The notes beneath the pieces were generated by a model that was given only the letters and a program-made list of their open reading frames with translations, ran no database searches and was not told the origin of the DNA. Shown in pieces: positions 29,112 to 38,867 of a stretch of 64,000 nt of DNA. How positions within the stretch are numbered: position 1 is the stretch's first letter; the number at the start of each line of letters is the position of its first letter. The position numbers were made by a program, and so were the translations under genes. Origin of the DNA: Candidatus Aminicenantales bacterium (GTDB taxonomy: Bacteria; Acidobacteriota; Aminicenantia; Aminicenantales; UBA4085); assembly GCA_049515535.1 (NCBI GenBank), contig JBEKTZ010000007.1, positions 62,001 through 126,000 of the forward strand. The letters are read 5' to 3'.

Positions 29112-30962
29112 ATGAATATCTATCGTCATGTCGGATTCTCGAGGAAAACCCTGGCTTTTCTTGTCCTCGTTTTGTGTTTCGCGAATTTTCCTCTATTTTC
29201 CTTGAACAAAAATGGAGCAAAACAGTCCGTTGATATCAACGCGCCGATGAGCTGGATCCAGGGCTATACCCTGATCCTGCTCAAGGAAAGCGATATCCGT
29301 TCCGTGAATGAGGCCAAGGATTTCGTCGTCAGTGAAGGCGGATCGATCGCCGTCATTTCGGACGCCCATGCCATGCTCGGCTGGGTCCCTCCCTCGGTCG
29401 TGGATCGGATCGTGGGAAAGCACGGCATCGAATCCGTTCATTACGAGCCGGTCGACACGGAAACGCTGAAATACGGGGACGACACCACGCGGACTTTCGT
29501 CAGGTTCTTCAACTCCGCCGCGTCGGGAGAGATCGAGCGGCAATACAGTTCTCCACGGAAAGCGGGAGACCCCCTGATCAGGGACGCCCTGGAGCACCCC
29601 TTCGCCGATCCTCGGAGCGTCGTGGCCAATCTGGCGGACAAACACGTCGACTGGGACGCGGACTTGGCCAGGACCGCAAATAACGGAGGCATCTTCCCGG
29701 GCTACAGCGATTCCATGACCGGGACGATCGCCTGCATGATTTTTTTCGTTGAAAGCAACGGTTCCTATGATCCCGATACGTATTCCTGGACGACTCCGGC
29801 CGTGGACCAAGTCAAAGCTCAATGCGTACTCGGCGCCACGTGGTGGTCCAACAAAGCCAGCTATTACAACAAGACGGCGACCTTCTATTTGTCTTATACC
29901 AATCCGGATAGGACGGAAATGCGGCAACCATACGAACCCATCCTCCATCCCTCGACCGATGATTCTTTATGGATCACTGCGATCATGGCCAATTTGGGAT
30001 ATTCTTCCGGAAACAAGATCGCCCGGGTGACGGCTTACGACGCTTATCTTAAGAGCTACGCGAACACTCAGTGGGCTTATTCCTGTTTCTTCGCCTATAA
30101 TCCTTCCCCTGCTTCGAATACTTTTACCGACGGCTATTTTTCCTATGCCTACCTGGGCGGCCCTTACGTTCACATGCTCTACAGGAACGACGGCTGGTCG
30201 CTGACCGATATCGGGAGAATCTTCTCTCACGAGACGGGGCATATCTTTTGGGCCTGCGACGAATATTACCAGGCGGGATACGGCGGCTGCACGAGCTGCG
30301 CCGCCTGCAGCAGCTACCGGCCCGTCACGAATGGAAATTGCCAGCATCCAAGCTGCAATCCCACCGGCTCGGTCCCCTGCATCATGAGGGACAACGCCGA
30401 CGCGATCTGCAACTACACCGTCCAGCAGGTCGGCTGGGATGTGCCGTTGCAGACCTTGACCATCCAAACGGGAACGGGAGGGACGACGAACCCAACCCCC
30501 GGCACCTATACTTATGATAGGGGGTCGAGCGTCAGCGTCACGGCTGTCGCCGACAACCGCTACCGGCTCAAAAACTGGTCCGGCGACGCCTCGGGAAGCT
30601 CCAACCCCGTGACCGTCACGCTGGACAGCAACAAGACAGTCAAGGCCAATTTCCAGCGGATCATCTATCCCCCGGCGAATGTCGTCGGCCAGAAGGTCCT
30701 GAACCGGTCGCTTGGCCAGGCCGAGTATATCAACGTCATCACCTGGGAGGCCAACTCCAATAACAGCGATTTGAACATCGTGAACTATAAGATTTATCAA
30801 ATCGATGGAAGCACAAGGACGGAGGTTGGCACGGTGGCGGCGACGGCAGAATTGAAATTCATGCAGCGCAAGGTGGGGAAAGACACGCAATACACATTTG
30901 AAATCGTCGCCGTGAACAGTGAGCCGCGGGAAGGCGATGCGGCCTCGGTGATCATCCATTGA
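29112..30962 (+). CDS. Secreted metzincin-like metalloprotease with B-repeat and C-terminal FN3-like domain
   Basis: Signal peptide; HETGHIFWACDEY, Met-turn CIMR; GGTTNP.PGTY...WSGD repeat. Confidence 0.8.
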   Translation: MNIYRHVGFSRKTLAFLVLVLCFANFPLFSLNKNGAKQSVDINAPMSWIQGYTLILLKESDIRSVNEAKDFVVSEGGSIAVISDAHAMLGWVPPSVVDRIVGKHGIESVHYEPVDTETLKYGDDTTRTFVRFFNSAASGEIERQYSSPRKAGDPLIRDALEHPFADPRSVVANLADKHVDWDADLARTANNGGIFPGYSDSMTGTIACMIFFVESNGSYDPDTYSWTTPAVDQVKAQCVLGATWWSNKASYYNKTATFYLSYTNPDRTEMRQPYEPILHPSTDDSLWITAIMANLGYSSGNKIARVTAYDAYLKSYANTQWAYSCFFAYNPSPASNTFTDGYFSYAYLGGPYVHMLYRNDGWSLTDIGRIFSHETGHIFWACDEYYQAGYGGCTSCAACSSYRPVTNGNCQHPSCNPTGSVPCIMRDNADAICNYTVQQVGWDVPLQTLTIQTGTGGTTNPTPGTYTYDRGSSVSVTAVADNRYRLKNWSGDASGSSNPVTVTLDSNKTVKANFQRIIYPPANVVGQKVLNRSLGQAEYINVITWEANSNNSDLNIVNYKIYQIDGSTRTEVGTVAATAELKFMQRKVGKDTQYTFEIVAVNSEPREGDAASVIIH

Positions 30963-30985
30963 TCGGCGATAAAGGAGACGGAATC

Positions 30986-31525
30986 ATGAAAAGAATCCTA
31001 GTGATGGGGCTTATGGTTTTCCTGGCCGCGGGCGCGGCGTTCGGCTCGATCATGCTCAAGGTGACCAGTTTCTCCCCGGCGGACGCCGACTTCAAAAGCA
31101 TCTACGGCGGCGGGATGACGTACGGCGGAGAGCTGTCGTTCGCGGCCGGCAAAAGCCTCGAGTTCTGGATCGGCGCGAGCTATTTTTCCAAAACAGGGAA
31201 AACGAGCTATACGCTGGAGGAGACGAAGTTGTCGCTCATCCCCATCAGCGCGGGAATGAAATTGAAGATCATGCTGAGCAAGAGCATCTCCCCTTATATC
31301 GCCGTCGGGGGGGAATACGTCCTGTATAAAGAATCCAACGCGATCGGCGACGTGAGCGCGGGAGGCTTCGGATTCATCGGGAAAGGCGGCCTGTTCGTGA
31401 AAGTGGCCGACTTTTTCGGAATCGACGCCCACGTCGCCTATTCTTCCTGCTCGATAAAGGGGGTGGACTTCACGTTCGACGTCGGCGGGCTTGAACTCGG
31501 GGCCGGGCTCGTTTTCATATTCTAA
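30986..31525 (+). CDS. Small outer-membrane beta-barrel protein
   Basis: Signal peptide, alternating beta strands, terminal Phe (GLVFIF); SD AAGGAG. Confidence 0.75.
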   Translation: MKRILVMGLMVFLAAGAAFGSIMLKVTSFSPADADFKSIYGGGMTYGGELSFAAGKSLEFWIGASYFSKTGKTSYTLEETKLSLIPISAGMKLKIMLSKSISPYIAVGGEYVLYKESNAIGDVSAGGFGFIGKGGLFVKVADFFGIDAHVAYSSCSIKGVDFTFDVGGLELGAGLVFIF

Positions 31526-31625
31526 CGGCTTCCGGCCGGAGGACAGCCCTGGGCAGTCCCGCCTGAAAAACGGCAAAGGATTAGGTCCGGCCCGGGATAT
31601 TTTCGTATAATGGGACGGCAGTCCC

Positions 31626-34600
31626 ATGAGCCTTGATTTTCTGAAAGACGTTTCCGAATTCAAGGACTTCGTCCGGGCCCTGGAAAACAACGAGCGCCGG
31701 GTCCGGATCTCGGGCCTGGCCGATCCGGCCAAACCGTTTTTTTTCTCCTTTCTGGCCCGGAGTCTTCCTCATAAAAGCCTGGTCTATATCCAACCCGGCG
31801 AATTTTCGCCGGCCCGGTTCGAGGAACGGTGCGCGTTTTTCCTTTCCCGGCTCGGATCTCCCCTCCTGGCCAGGTCTTTTCCTCCGCTCACGGAAAGCCT
31901 TTATCAGGAAGCGCCGCCTTCGCTCGACGCGGTCTCGTCCCGGATGCGGTTCTTCTATGATCTTCTGATCCGGCCGCCGGCGCTCGTCGTGACGAACCTG
32001 ATCGGGCTTCTGCGGCCCGTGCCCGAGCCCGACCGCCTTCCGGGCCTTTTCCTGAGGCTCGACAAGAATTCGTCTTATGAACGGGACCGGCTGCTGCAAA
32101 CGCTGGCCGCGTTCGGCTATATCCGGGAAGACCTGATCTCCTTCCGCGGCGAATATGCCGGACGGGGAGGCATCGTCGACGTTTTCTCGCCCTGGCGGAA
32201 CGCGCCTTTCCGGATCGAGTTCGGCGGCGACGAGATCGTCTCGATCCGGGAATTCGACCTTTCCACGCAGCGCTCCATCCGGCGTCTGGACAGCGTCCTG
32301 CTCCCTTCGCTTCTGGAATCCGCCGGACCCGGCGCCCGGTCCGTCCCGTTTACGCGCTATATCAAAGACGCGGTCTTCATCATCGACCGCGTCGAGGATG
32401 TCGACAAGGAATGGGACGAGACGCGCGCGGAACTCGCGGCCGGGGAAAATCCGTCCGAGGGCGATCTCTCCGCGCTCTGGAACGAGGTTCGCGAAAAAGC
32501 CGTGATCGCCGGAGAATTCGCGCCGGATCAAGGGCCGAAGGACTTCCATTTTCCTTTCCAGTCCGTCCCCCGGTTCGACAACAAGATCCCGTTCTTCCTG
32601 GATTATATGCGCCGGCTTCAACGGGAGCGGGACCGCTGTTACATCTTTCTCTCGAGCCCGGCGATCCGGAAAAAGATCGGCGATCTGCTCGCCGAGAATC
32701 GGATCGAGAGCCGGGATTCGGAAACGGCGCTGGCGAACCCCACGAGCGGCGAGCTGATACTCCTCCTCGGCGATCTCGAGCGGGGGTTCTGCTTCCCGCG
32801 CGAGAAGATTTCGTTCTTCGGGGAAACCGACATCATCACCGAGGAGAAGGTCGTCGTCAGCCGCCCTTCGGTCAGGCCGTCGCTCACGCAGTTCCAGGAC
32901 CTGAAATCCGGCGACTATATCGTCCACGCGGATTACGGTGTCGGCGTTTTCCAGGGACTTCTCAGAATGGACGTGGACGGGAGTGCGCGCGAGTTCATGG
33001 AACTCCGCTACCGCGACGACGACAAGCTCTTCGTCCCCGTTGAAGACCTGAATCTCGTCCAGAAATACGCCCAGGTCGGCGCGGCCCTTCCTCCGCTCGA
33101 CAAACTGGGCACGAACTCGTGGCAGAAGACCAAGGGACGGACGAAAAAGGCGGTCGAACAACTGGCTAAGGAGCTTCTCGAACTGTACGCCCAGCGGAAA
33201 GCGGCCAAGGGTTTCGGCTTCAGCGCCGAAGGGGACTGGCAGACCGAATTCGAGAAGACCTTCGAATATGAAGAGACCGAAGACCAGCTCCGCTCCATTC
33301 GGGAGATCAAGAACGACATGGAAGCGGATTCTCCGATGGACCGGCTGCTATGCGGCGACGTGGGCTATGGAAAAACCGAAGTGGCCATGCGGGCCGCCTT
33401 CAAGGCCGTCATGGACGGGAAGCAGGTCGCCATCCTCTGCCCGACGACCGTCCTCGCCAGCCAGCATATGAAGACGTTCACGGGCCGGCTGGTCCTTTTC
33501 CCCGTCCGCGTCGCGGAGCTGACCCGCCTTCAGTCCAAGGCCGAACAGCAGAAGATCGTCGACGACCTGAAAAAAGGACGGCTCGACGTCATCATCGGCA
33601 CGCATCGGCTCCTCTCGAAGGATGTCGAATTCTTCGACCTGGGGCTTCTCATCGTCGACGAAGAGCAGCGTTTCGGCGTCAAGCACAAGGAAAAGATCAA
33701 GCATATGAAAGCGAACATCGACGTCCTGACCCTGACGGCGACCCCGATTCCGCGGACGCTCAACCTTTCTCTCACGGGACTGCGCGACATCAGCCTGATC
33801 GAGACGCCGCCCCGGGACCGGCTGGCGGTCCACACGGTCGTGACGACGTTCAGCCCGAAACTCGTGGCGACGGCGGTTAAGCAGGAGCTTGCCCGCGACG
33901 GGCAGGTTTATTATATCTTCAACAAGATCGAAGAGATGGAGCCCATGGCGGCGCTGATCGAGAAATGGGTGCCGCAGGCCAAGGTCGTGACGATCCACGG
34001 CCGGATGACCCCCCGCGAGCTCGAGAGACGGATGCTCGATTTCATCGAGCGGAAATATAACGTCATGGTCTCCACGACGATCATCGAGAACGGCATCGAT
34101 ATCCCTCTCGTGAACACGCTGATCGTCCACCGGGCGGACCACTTCGGGCTGGCCCAGCTGTACCAACTGCGGGGCCGGGTCGGGCGCTCTTCCCGCCAGG
34201 CGTTCGCCTATTTTCTCGTTCCGCCTTTCCAGGAACTGACCCCCCCGGCCAAGCGCCGCCTCGAAGCGCTCAAGGAATTCAGCGAGTTGGGCTCGGGCTT
34301 CCGGCTGGCGGTGAAAGACATGGAGATCCGCGGCGCCGGCAACGTCTTCGGCGCCAAACAGCACGGCGCCATGGAGGCCGTCGGCTTCGATTATTTCATT
34401 CATCTCCTCGAGCAGACCATCCGGGAACTCAAGGGGGAGGCCGTCGAGGAGGTCAAGAGCGAGATCAACCTCAAGGTCGATATCCGGATTCCGGAGGATT
34501 ATCTGCCGCAGATGAACCTCCGGCTCAACCTCTACAAGAGGATCTCCTCGGCCGAGAACCTGGACGAGATCCGGGTCATCGAGGACGAGATCAAGGACCG

Positions 34601-34877
34601 GTTCGGGCCGCCGCCCCGCAGCGTGCTCAATCTTTGCCAATACGGGAGGATCAAACTCCTGGCCCAGAAATTGAAGATCAAAGCGGTGGACCGCCTGGAC
34701 GAGCGCCTGATCTTCAAGTTCCTTCCGGCTACGACCGTCGCCCTCGACCGTATGACGAAGCTTCTCAACCGACACGCCGGGACCATGACTCCCCAGGGGG
34801 TGATGAGCCTGCCCCTTCGCGCCCGGGGCGAGGAGGACTTTCTGAGTGAAACGATCGCCGCCTTGAAGGAGTTATAG
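31626..34877 (+). CDS. mfd: Transcription-repair coupling factor
   Basis: UvrB-like N-terminus, CarD/RID (VHADYGVG), CGDVGYGKTEV, DEEQRFG, QLRGRVGR, TRCF tail. Confidence 0.97.
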   Translation: MSLDFLKDVSEFKDFVRALENNERRVRISGLADPAKPFFFSFLARSLPHKSLVYIQPGEFSPARFEERCAFFLSRLGSPLLARSFPPLTESLYQEAPPSLDAVSSRMRFFYDLLIRPPALVVTNLIGLLRPVPEPDRLPGLFLRLDKNSSYERDRLLQTLAAFGYIREDLISFRGEYAGRGGIVDVFSPWRNAPFRIEFGGDEIVSIREFDLSTQRSIRRLDSVLLPSLLESAGPGARSVPFTRYIKDAVFIIDRVEDVDKEWDETRAELAAGENPSEGDLSALWNEVREKAVIAGEFAPDQGPKDFHFPFQSVPRFDNKIPFFLDYMRRLQRERDRCYIFLSSPAIRKKIGDLLAENRIESRDSETALANPTSGELILLLGDLERGFCFPREKISFFGETDIITEEKVVVSRPSVRPSLTQFQDLKSGDYIVHADYGVGVFQGLLRMDVDGSAREFMELRYRDDDKLFVPVEDLNLVQKYAQVGAALPPLDKLGTNSWQKTKGRTKKAVEQLAKELLELYAQRKAAKGFGFSAEGDWQTEFEKTFEYEETEDQLRSIREIKNDMEADSPMDRLLCGDVGYGKTEVAMRAAFKAVMDGKQVAILCPTTVLASQHMKTFTGRLVLFPVRVAELTRLQSKAEQQKIVDDLKKGRLDVIIGTHRLLSKDVEFFDLGLLIVDEEQRFGVKHKEKIKHMKANIDVLTLTATPIPRTLNLSLTGLRDISLIETPPRDRLAVHTVVTTFSPKLVATAVKQELARDGQVYYIFNKIEEMEPMAALIEKWVPQAKVVTIHGRMTPRELERRMLDFIERKYNVMVSTTIIENGIDIPLVNTLIVHRADHFGLAQLYQLRGRVGRSSRQAFAYFLVPPFQELTPPAKRRLEALKEFSELGSGFRLAVKDMEIRGAGNVFGAKQHGAMEAVGFDYFIHLLEQTIRELKGEAVEEVKSEINLKVDIRIPEDYLPQMNLRLNLYKRISSAENLDEIRVIEDEIKDRFGPPPRSVLNLCQYGRIKLLAQKLKIKAVDRLDERLIFKFLPATTVALDRMTKLLNRHAGTMTPQGVMSLPLRARGEEDFLSETIAALKEL

Positions 34878-34894
34878 AAATGTCCTATAATAAA

Positions 34895-35006
34895 TTGATA
34901 CGTTTGACGGCGCCAAACCCCGATTTTAAATCGGGGTTAAAAGCGCCGCTCAGTATTAACCCTGAGCATACCCCGGGCTTAAGCCCGGGGAGTCGAATGG
35001 GTTGAT
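34895..35006 (+). mobile_element. Cloverleaf element, copy B
   Basis: TTGAT-[102 bp]-TTGAT. Confidence 0.8.
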
Positions 35007-35007
35007 T

Positions 35008-35994
35008 ATGAAAAAGATGAGAGACGTCCTTCGCCCACGGACCGGGTTTTGTATCCTTACAGCCGGCATCTTGTTGAGCTTTTTCCCGAGCTGCGGGAGC
35101 GGGAAGCCTGGTCCGAGGGACTCCGCGACGACCGCGGCCGAGAGACAAAAACAAAACCGCGTCGTCCTGAAAGTCGCGGGGGCGAACTTCACCAACGAAG
35201 ATTTCGACCGGTACGTTCGCGCGACGGTGGGCGAAAAGAGCTCCGCCTTCTCGGCGCCCGCCCTCAGCCGGCTGTTCGATGCCTTCGTCGAGGAAAAGAT
35301 CTTTTTCAAACGGGCCCAGAACCAGGGCGTCACCCTGACCGAGGACGAGAAAACGGGCTACCTGAGCAGGCTCGAGAGCGCGATGGGCGGGACAAAGACG
35401 ACGAGAACCCCGGCCGAGGAGACCGCCCTCGCCGAAAGACTCCTCGTCGAAAAATATCTTTATCTCCTCGTCAAGGACTTGAAGGTCGACGACAAGGAGA
35501 TCTCCTCCTACTACAACCAGAACAAAGGCGATTACCTGCAGCCGGAAAAGGCCCAGGTCAGCCAAATCCTATTGGCGACGGAAGGCCGGGCCAGCCAGGT
35601 CCGGGACCGGCTGAACAACGCGACGGAAGATCAGTTTCGGGCGATCGCGCGGGCGGAATCGACCGGGCCCGAGTCGGTCAAGGGCGGCGTCATGGGCGTC
35701 TTCAGCGCCGGCCAACTCCCGCCGGAACTCGAGAAGTTCATCTTTCCCCTGAAAGAAGGAGAGATCAGCCGGGTCGTCGAATCCTCCTACGGTTACCATA
35801 TTTTCCGTTTAGACAAGAAAATCGAGGGGCGTCTCGTGACGCAGGCCGAGGCCGCGCCGTCCATCCGGTCGAAGCTTCTCGATCAAAAAAGCAAGCAAGC
35901 CATCGCGGACCATCTCGTCGTGATCAAGTCCGCGCTGGACTGGAAATCCACTACCGAAAACTTAACGTTTGCCTATCAGAGGAACGAAACATGA
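35008..35994 (+). CDS. PpiC/parvulin-type peptidyl-prolyl isomerase, probable lipoprotein
   Basis: VSQIL, F..IA..ES, KGG.MG, GEIS.VVES.YGYHI; hydrophobic stretch followed by Cys. Confidence 0.85.
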   Translation: MKKMRDVLRPRTGFCILTAGILLSFFPSCGSGKPGPRDSATTAAERQKQNRVVLKVAGANFTNEDFDRYVRATVGEKSSAFSAPALSRLFDAFVEEKIFFKRAQNQGVTLTEDEKTGYLSRLESAMGGTKTTRTPAEETALAERLLVEKYLYLLVKDLKVDDKEISSYYNQNKGDYLQPEKAQVSQILLATEGRASQVRDRLNNATEDQFRAIARAESTGPESVKGGVMGVFSAGQLPPELEKFIFPLKEGEISRVVESSYGYHIFRLDKKIEGRLVTQAEAAPSIRSKLLDQKSKQAIADHLVVIKSALDWKSTTENLTFAYQRNET

Positions 35995-36965
35995 TCCCAA
36001 AAAAGGCGAAGCTGCTCCTTGCCGTTCTCGGCCTCACGGTCGCGCTCGGCCTGGCTCAGGAGATCGTGGAAGAAATCGTGGCCGTCGTCAACGACGACAT
36101 CATCACGCTCTCCCAATATAAGCACGAGTACGACACGCGGGTCCAGGGGGCCCGCGGCCAGCTGCAGGGCGAAGATTTCAACAAATATCTGACGGAGCTC
36201 AAGACCGGGCTCATGGACGCCATGATCACCGACCTGCTCCTGCTCCAAATGGCCCGGGAGAGAAATCTGAACGTGACCGAACAGGTGAAGTTGACGATCG
36301 AAAACATCAAAAAGGAAAACAAGCTCGAATCCGACGACGACCTGAAGCGGGCGCTCCAGAGCCAGGGCATGGAGTGGAACGCGTGGCTCAAGCAGCTGGA
36401 GGAGACGATGCTCCGCCAGGGGGTCGTCGTCCAGGACGTGAACCGTTCGCTCGTGCTGGACGACGCGGAAGTCATCGCTTATTACAAGAAGAACTCGGCG
36501 GAGTTCGTCGAACCCGAGGAATATAAAATCCGGGCGGTCTATTTAGCGAGCGAAAAAACCGAGGCCGAGGCTCTCGAAGCGAAGAAGAAAGAGATCGACG
36601 ACAAGATCAAATCGGGGTCGGATTTCACCGAGCTCGCGGGAACCTATTCGGACGATCCGCTCAAGGAATTGAAAGGCGATCTGGGAACCATCAAGAAAAA
36701 GGACCTGGACAAGAGCCTGCAGCAGGCGGTGGAAAAACTGAAGAAAGGCGACGTCTCGTCCTGGGTCCAGGCCAAGGCTGGCTGGTATCTGATCAAGCTC
36801 GAAGACAAGAAGGACAGCCGGCTTTTCGCGTTCGACGAGGCGAAGAAAACGATCGAGGAAAAGCTCTACAACGAGATGCAGAACGCGAAGCTCAAGGAGT
36901 TCATGGACAACCTCAAGAAAAAGAGCTACATCAAGATCCTCAAGCCCAATCCGCTGAACCTGTGA
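35991..36965 (+). CDS. SurA-like periplasmic chaperone/PPIase
   Basis: EIVEEIVAVVNDDIITLS, F.ELA..YSDD, GDLG, GWYLIKL. Confidence 0.85.
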   Translation: MIPKKAKLLLAVLGLTVALGLAQEIVEEIVAVVNDDIITLSQYKHEYDTRVQGARGQLQGEDFNKYLTELKTGLMDAMITDLLLLQMARERNLNVTEQVKLTIENIKKENKLESDDDLKRALQSQGMEWNAWLKQLEETMLRQGVVVQDVNRSLVLDDAEVIAYYKKNSAEFVEPEEYKIRAVYLASEKTEAEALEAKKKEIDDKIKSGSDFTELAGTYSDDPLKELKGDLGTIKKKDLDKSLQQAVEKLKKGDVSSWVQAKAGWYLIKLEDKKDSRLFAFDEAKKTIEEKLYNEMQNAKLKEFMDNLKKKSYIKILKPNPLNL

Positions 36966-36976
36966 CAGCGGACGGC

Positions 36977-36994
36977 GGGCCGAGGCCCTTTTTT
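36977..36994 (+). terminator. Short intrinsic terminator
   Basis: GGGCC-GA-GGCCC followed by T6, after the SurA-like gene. Confidence 0.45.
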
Positions 36995-37102
36995 ATACGT
37001 TCGACGGCGCAAAACCCCGATTTTCAAATCGCGCTTTTGCGCCGCTCAGTATTAACCCTGAATATACCCCGGGCTTCAGTCCGGGGAGTCGAATGGGTTT
37101 AT
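36992..37102 (+). mobile_element. Cloverleaf element, copy C
   Basis: TTTAT-[101 bp]-TTTAT; the right pentamer contains the stop codon of the convergent gene. Confidence 0.8.
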
Positions 37103-37668
37103 TTCTTGTCCGGCTCTTTCTTGTCCGCGCCCATGTGCGCGGGCTGATCTTCCTTGAAGTCGATCTTGCGTGAAACCGGCCATTCGCCCAGGAGGACATG
37201 TCGCGAGCCGCCCATCTGGGCGAAAATCCTGACGAAATAGGTCTTCCACGCGGGGTTGCTCTTGAAATCCTCCAGCCGTTTGCCTTCGACGCCGAAATTG
37301 CACTTCAGCGTGATGGGATCGCTCCACTCGCCGGGAAGGACCGGCTTGCTGCCTATCGCCAGGAGAAAATGGTCGCCTAAGTTGTCTGCATCATCCTTAT
37401 TCTTGAAGATCCCGTTGAAATAGACATACCGGAGAGGCTCGGCCGATATGTTTTTGACGCGGAACGTGATCGTCGGGACGAGCGTCAGCTTGGGCCGCGG
37501 CCATTGTTTGTACTCTTTGGCCACCCAAGCCGTGCCCAACACCTCGAGCTGCAAAGCGCCCTTGACTTGCTCATCGGTCATCGTCTTGCATGCGGCGAGA
37601 AACCCGAGGAAAGAGACGAGGATCGCGATGCCGGCCGTCAAGCCGATGACTCTTTGTCCTTTTTTCAT
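37099..37668 (-). CDS. Hypothetical lipoprotein
   Basis: Lipobox FLAAC; SD AGGAG. Confidence 0.75.
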   Translation of the reverse strand: MKKGQRVIGLTAGIAILVSFLGFLAACKTMTDEQVKGALQLEVLGTAWVAKEYKQWPRPKLTLVPTITFRVKNISAEPLRYVYFNGIFKNKDDADNLGDHFLLAIGSKPVLPGEWSDPITLKCNFGVEGKRLEDFKSNPAWKTYFVRIFAQMGGSRHVLLGEWPVSRKIDFKEDQPAHMGADKKEPDKK

Positions 37669-37738
37669 GGCGGGTCTCCTTGTTCAAATGATAGCGGATG
37701 ATTTGAATTTAATCAACTGTGATAAAATCAAGAAAAAG

Positions 37739-38656
37739 ATGAAAACGCGCTTTCTCAGACTCAACCTCGCCCTGGGCCTTTTCTTGTTCGCAGCGTCGGC
37801 GGCGCTTCTGGCCGCCGGGACGCCGTTCATGAAAGTCTGGTTTTATAGCTTCGCCTGGTGGTCGTTCATCCTGGCCCTGGACGGACTGAATTATCGGAGG
37901 CGGGGCGTTTCTCTTCTTTCCGGGCGCGTCACGGATTTCCTGTTCACGGCTTTTCTGTCGGTTCCGGTCTGGCTCGTCTTCGAACTTTTCAACCTCAGGC
38001 TGAAGAACTGGTCCTATCATGACCCGCCCCCGGGCCTTGACGTCCGCTGGGCGGGATATTTCATCGCCTTTGCCACGGTCATTCCCGCCCTTAAAGAGCT
38101 GGCCGCGCTCTTCCAGAGCATCCCGAAAGGGGCGTGGAAAAAAGGCTTATTCCGCCTGCGCATTACGCGGGGGCTTCTGTGGCTCGGCAAGGGCACGGGC
38201 GCGTGTTTTCTGTTCCTGGCGCTCGTCTGGCCGCGGCTCTTTTTCCCGCTGGTTTGGCTCGGATTCATCTTCTTGATAGAGCCGCTCAACTACCGCCGCG
38301 GGCGGCCTTCGTTTCTGAGAGACCTGGAGACCGGCGAGACGGTCCGGGTCTGGAGTTGGATGTTGGCCGGAGCGACCGCCGGAATCCTCTGGGAACTCTT
38401 CAATTTCTGGGCGGGCGGCCATTGGGAATATCATCTCCCTTATCTCGATTTCGGGAGGATCTTCCAGATGCCCGTCCTCGGCTATGGCGGGTTCGTCCCC
38501 TTCGCCCTCGAGATTTTCGTCCTCGATGTCTTCCTTGGCTCCGTTTATCGTTCGATCAAGGCCAAGGCCGTCTTCCGCTACGCCTTCCTTGCGGCCTTGA
38601 TCGTCTTCGATCTCGTCTGTTTTTATCTCATCGATCGATTCTCGGTCTTCCGCTGA
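37739..38656 (+). CDS. Hypothetical multi-pass membrane protein
   Basis: About 9 TM helices, with internal repeats W..FE.FN..W.Y; MPVLGY.GF.PF. Confidence 0.7.
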   Translation: MKTRFLRLNLALGLFLFAASAALLAAGTPFMKVWFYSFAWWSFILALDGLNYRRRGVSLLSGRVTDFLFTAFLSVPVWLVFELFNLRLKNWSYHDPPPGLDVRWAGYFIAFATVIPALKELAALFQSIPKGAWKKGLFRLRITRGLLWLGKGTGACFLFLALVWPRLFFPLVWLGFIFLIEPLNYRRGRPSFLRDLETGETVRVWSWMLAGATAGILWELFNFWAGGHWEYHLPYLDFGRIFQMPVLGYGGFVPFALEIFVLDVFLGSVYRSIKAKAVFRYAFLAALIVFDLVCFYLIDRFSVFR

Positions 38657-38867
38657 TCTGACCGTAGTACAGTTTCGGGTACCCCTTTTCTTATCTTAGA
38701 AACTGTACTGCCGTCTTGCGCTGAAAAGACATCGATCCAACATCTCCTGAAAGCGTTCGTCGAATGGAAAGAATCCCGGACGCATCGGGGCCGGCCGTCT
38801 CACAATTGGATTGACATTTCATCCGATTCATCATATTTATTTCGCATCGTCCTCTAGGAGATACGCC

